NCBI GenBank assembly: GCA_026770705.1 | Contig: JANJGN010000016.1 | Coordinates: 87,358,001-87,422,000, forward strand | Length of the DNA stretch: 64,000 nt | Source of the DNA: Isurus oxyrinchus | Lineage: Eukaryota | Direction: 5' to 3' | Part shown: one piece after another, positions 61,301 through 64,000 of the stretch | Position numbering within the stretch: position 1 is the first letter of the stretch | Layout of the letters: each line of letters begins with the position of its first letter | The notes under the pieces: model-generated | The model's input: the letters and a program-made list of their open reading frames with translations, nothing else | Databases searched by the model: none | Told to the model about the DNA's origin: nothing | Position numbers and translations under genes: made by a program

Positions 61301-64000
61301 TGGTTGGGGTTGGGTGATGCTGGGGGTGAAGGAGTGGGTAATGCCGGAGGTGGGGGTTTGGGTGATGTCGGTGTTGGTGGAGTGGGTGATGCCGGGCGTG
61401 AAGGAGTGGTGATGCCGGTGTAGGGGGTGTGTGTGATGCTGGGAGTGGTGGCGGTTTTGGGTGATGTCGGGCGTGGTGGGGTGGGTGATGCTGGGAGTGG
61501 ATGATGCCAGTGTTGGCGGTGTGGGTTTTGCTGGGGGTGGGGTTGGTGGGTGTTGCCATGGATTAGGGGGTGTGTACCATGGATTAGGGGGTGTATAATG
61601 CCGGGGATGGGTGATGCCAGGGGTGGTGGCTGCATGATGCTGGGTGTGGGGTTGGTTGATGCCGGAGATGGGCGGGTGGATGATAGCAGGGGTGGGGAGG
61701 GGTGGATTATTTCAGGGGGCAGTAGAGGGTGGGTAATGCCGGGACAGAGTGATAGCAGGGTTGGTGGTGTCGGTGTTGCTGGCGGTGAGGGGGTGGGTGA
61801 CGCTGGGTGTGGAGGTGGTGGGTGATGCTGGGGGTGGGTGTTGGCAGGGTTGGAGGGGTGGGTGATGATGGGTGTGGGTGGGGGGAGGTGGATGACCCTG
61901 TGAGTGGGGGGGTATGTGATGCCGGGGAGGTGGGGTGTTGGGTGAAGCCAGGGGTTGGGAGTTGTGTGATGCCAGGTGTGGGTGATGCTTGGGGGTGGGG
62001 CGATGGGTAATGGCGAGGGTGGAGGGGTGGGTGATGCCGGTGGTGGGGGATGTGGGTGATGCTGGGGGTGGGGGGGGTGGTGGTGATGCCAGGGGTGAGT
62101 GGGTGGTGATATCGGGGGTGAGAGGGTGGGTGATGCCGAGGGTGGGTGGGGTTGATGCTGGGGGTGAGGGTGTGGGTGATGCCGGGGTTGGTGGTGGGAG
62201 TTGTGGGTGATGCCGGGGATGGTGGAGAGGGTGATGCCGGGGGTGGGGGTGTTGGTGATGCAGGGGTTGGTGGAGTGGGTGATGCCGGGGGTGGGGGGTT
62301 TCATGATGCCGGGGTTGCGGGGGGGAGGTTGTGGGTGATACCGGGGGTGGTGAGGTGGGAGATGCCATGGATGGGGGTGGGGGTTGTGGGTGATGCCGGG
62401 GGTGGTTAGGTGGGTGATGCCGTGGGTGGTGGTTTGGATGATGCCGGGAGTGGGGGGTTGGGTGATTCCAATGTTGGGGGTGTGGGTGTTGCTGGGGGTG
62501 AGGGGGTGTGTGATGACAGGGGTGGGGGTGATAGTTGATGCCGGGGGTAGGGGGTTTGTGTGTTGCCGGGGGTGGGTGATGCTGCGGTTGAGGGTTGGGT
62601 GATGCTGGGGATGGGGGTTGGTGGGTGATGCGGGAATGGGGGAGTGGGTGATGCCGGTGGGGTGTTTGGTGAAACCAGGTGTGAGAGGGTGCGTGATATT
62701 GGGGTGGAGGTGAAGGGTGTTGCCTGGGGTGGAGGGGTGGGTGATGCTGGGGGTGGGGGATGCCGGGGGTTGGGGGGGGTTGGTGATGCCAGAGTTGGGG
62801 GTGTGGGTGATGCCGGGGGTGGGGGGAGAGGTGAATTTGGGTATGGGGGGGTGGATAATGCCGGTCGTGAGGGGATGGATGATGCGGGGGTTTGGGGGAG
62901 TTAGTGATTCCGGGGCTGGGGCGATGGTTCATGCCATGGGTGGGGGTTGGGTGCTTCTGGCGGTGGGGGGTGGGTGCGGGTGATGCTGGGGTTGGGGGGG
63001 AGTGGTGATGTCGATGGTGATGGGATGTGTGATGCCAGGTAAGGGGGGGTGGGTAATGTCGGGGGTGGGTGATGGCAGGATTGGGGGGGATGTGTGATGC
63101 TAGGGGTGGGGGTGGGGGTGGGGTGGATGACGCCGGGAGTGGGGGGGTGGGTGATGCCGGGGGTTGGGATGTTGGGTGAAGCCAGGGGTGATGGGGTGTG
63201 TGATGCCAGGGATGGTGGTAGTTGCTGTTGCCGGGGTTGGGGGTGTGGGCGATGCCGGGGGGAGGTGATGCCGGGGATTGGGGAGGTTGGTGATGCCAGG
63301 AGCGGGGCGATGGGTCATGACTGCGCGTGGGGGGGTTGGTGATGCCGGCGGTGGGGGTGTTGGGTAATGCCAGCGGTGGGGTGGGGGGTGTCGTAGTGTC
63401 GGGGGTGAGAGGTTGGGTGATGCTGCGGGTGGGGGTTGGGTGATACCTGGGGTGAGGAGGTGGGTGATGCCAGGGGTGGTAGGGTGGGTGATTCCGGGAG
63501 TGAGAAGGTGGGTGATGCCGGGCTGGAGGTTTGAGTGATGCCGGGGTTGAGGGTGTGGGTGATGCCGGGGTTGGGTTTGTGGGTGGTGCTGGGGGTGGGG
63601 ATGTAGTGATGCTGGGGTTGGGGGTGGGTGTTGTGAGTGGTGCCGGGGGTTTGTGTGCCTGATGCCGGGGTTGGGAGGGTGGGTGATGCCTGGGTTGGGG
63701 GTGGGGTTCGTGGGTGATGCCAGGTGTGGGGGGGTGGGTGATGCTAATGTTGGGGGTGTAGTTGTTGCTGGGACTGAGATGTTGGGTGATGCCAGGGGTG
63801 GGGGGTGGTGGCTGATGCTGGTGGTCGGCAATGCCATGGTTGATGGGTTGGGTGATGCCGGGAGTGGGGAAGTTGGTGATGCCGGTGGGGCGGGGGGTTT
63901 GGAGAAGCCAGGGGAGAGGAGGTGTGTGATGTTGGGGGTGGGTTTGGTGGGTGTTGCCTGGGGTGGGGGTTGGGTGGTGCCGGGGTTGGATGGGTGGTTG
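43310..64000 (+). repeat. Very G-rich degenerate satellite built on GGGTGATGCCGGGG(GT), >20 kb, runs off the right edge
   Basis: TGATGC(C/T) core about every 15-25 bp between G-runs; strong strand asymmetry; kb-scale internal duplications. Confidence 0.97.

Noticed and set aside
43262-63837. Pro/His/Thr-rich (mucin- or extensin-like) and Gly-rich ORFs up to 866 aa
   Set aside because: Compositional artefact of the G-rich satellite; overlapping ORFs in several frames, no signal peptide, domain or splice structure

Overview
Eukaryotic, repeat-rich DNA, most consistent with a cartilaginous fish (shark). The only clear host gene is one complete, apparently functional, unrearranged kappa-type (NS4-like) immunoglobulin light-chain cluster on the + strand: promoter (~35118-35214), leader (35275-35323), V (35510-35804) with a consensus 12-RSS, J (38051-38085) with a 23-RSS, C exon (40987-41315) and polyA signals (~42090, ~42185). 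The rest is satellites/minisatellites (36-, 26-, 55-, 44-, 61-, 45-, 69-bp units and a >20 kb G-rich array) and nested, decayed transposons (CR1/L2 LINEs, Gypsy, Harbinger, a DeuSINE-like SINE, a young Penelope-like element with a hammerhead-ribozyme fold). Most notable: the 61-bp V-J minisatellite looks like an amplified, decayed copy of the V 12-RSS; the cluster is flanked by two strand-asymmetric arrays rich in AID hotspots, reminiscent of switch regions (speculative); the same Ets-IRF composite element occurs in the promoter and 3.7 kb upstream; the Penelope hammerhead has a non-canonical core. Nearly all long ORFs in the track are repeat artefacts. Repeat boundaries are approximate and family calls come from motif recognition, not database searches.
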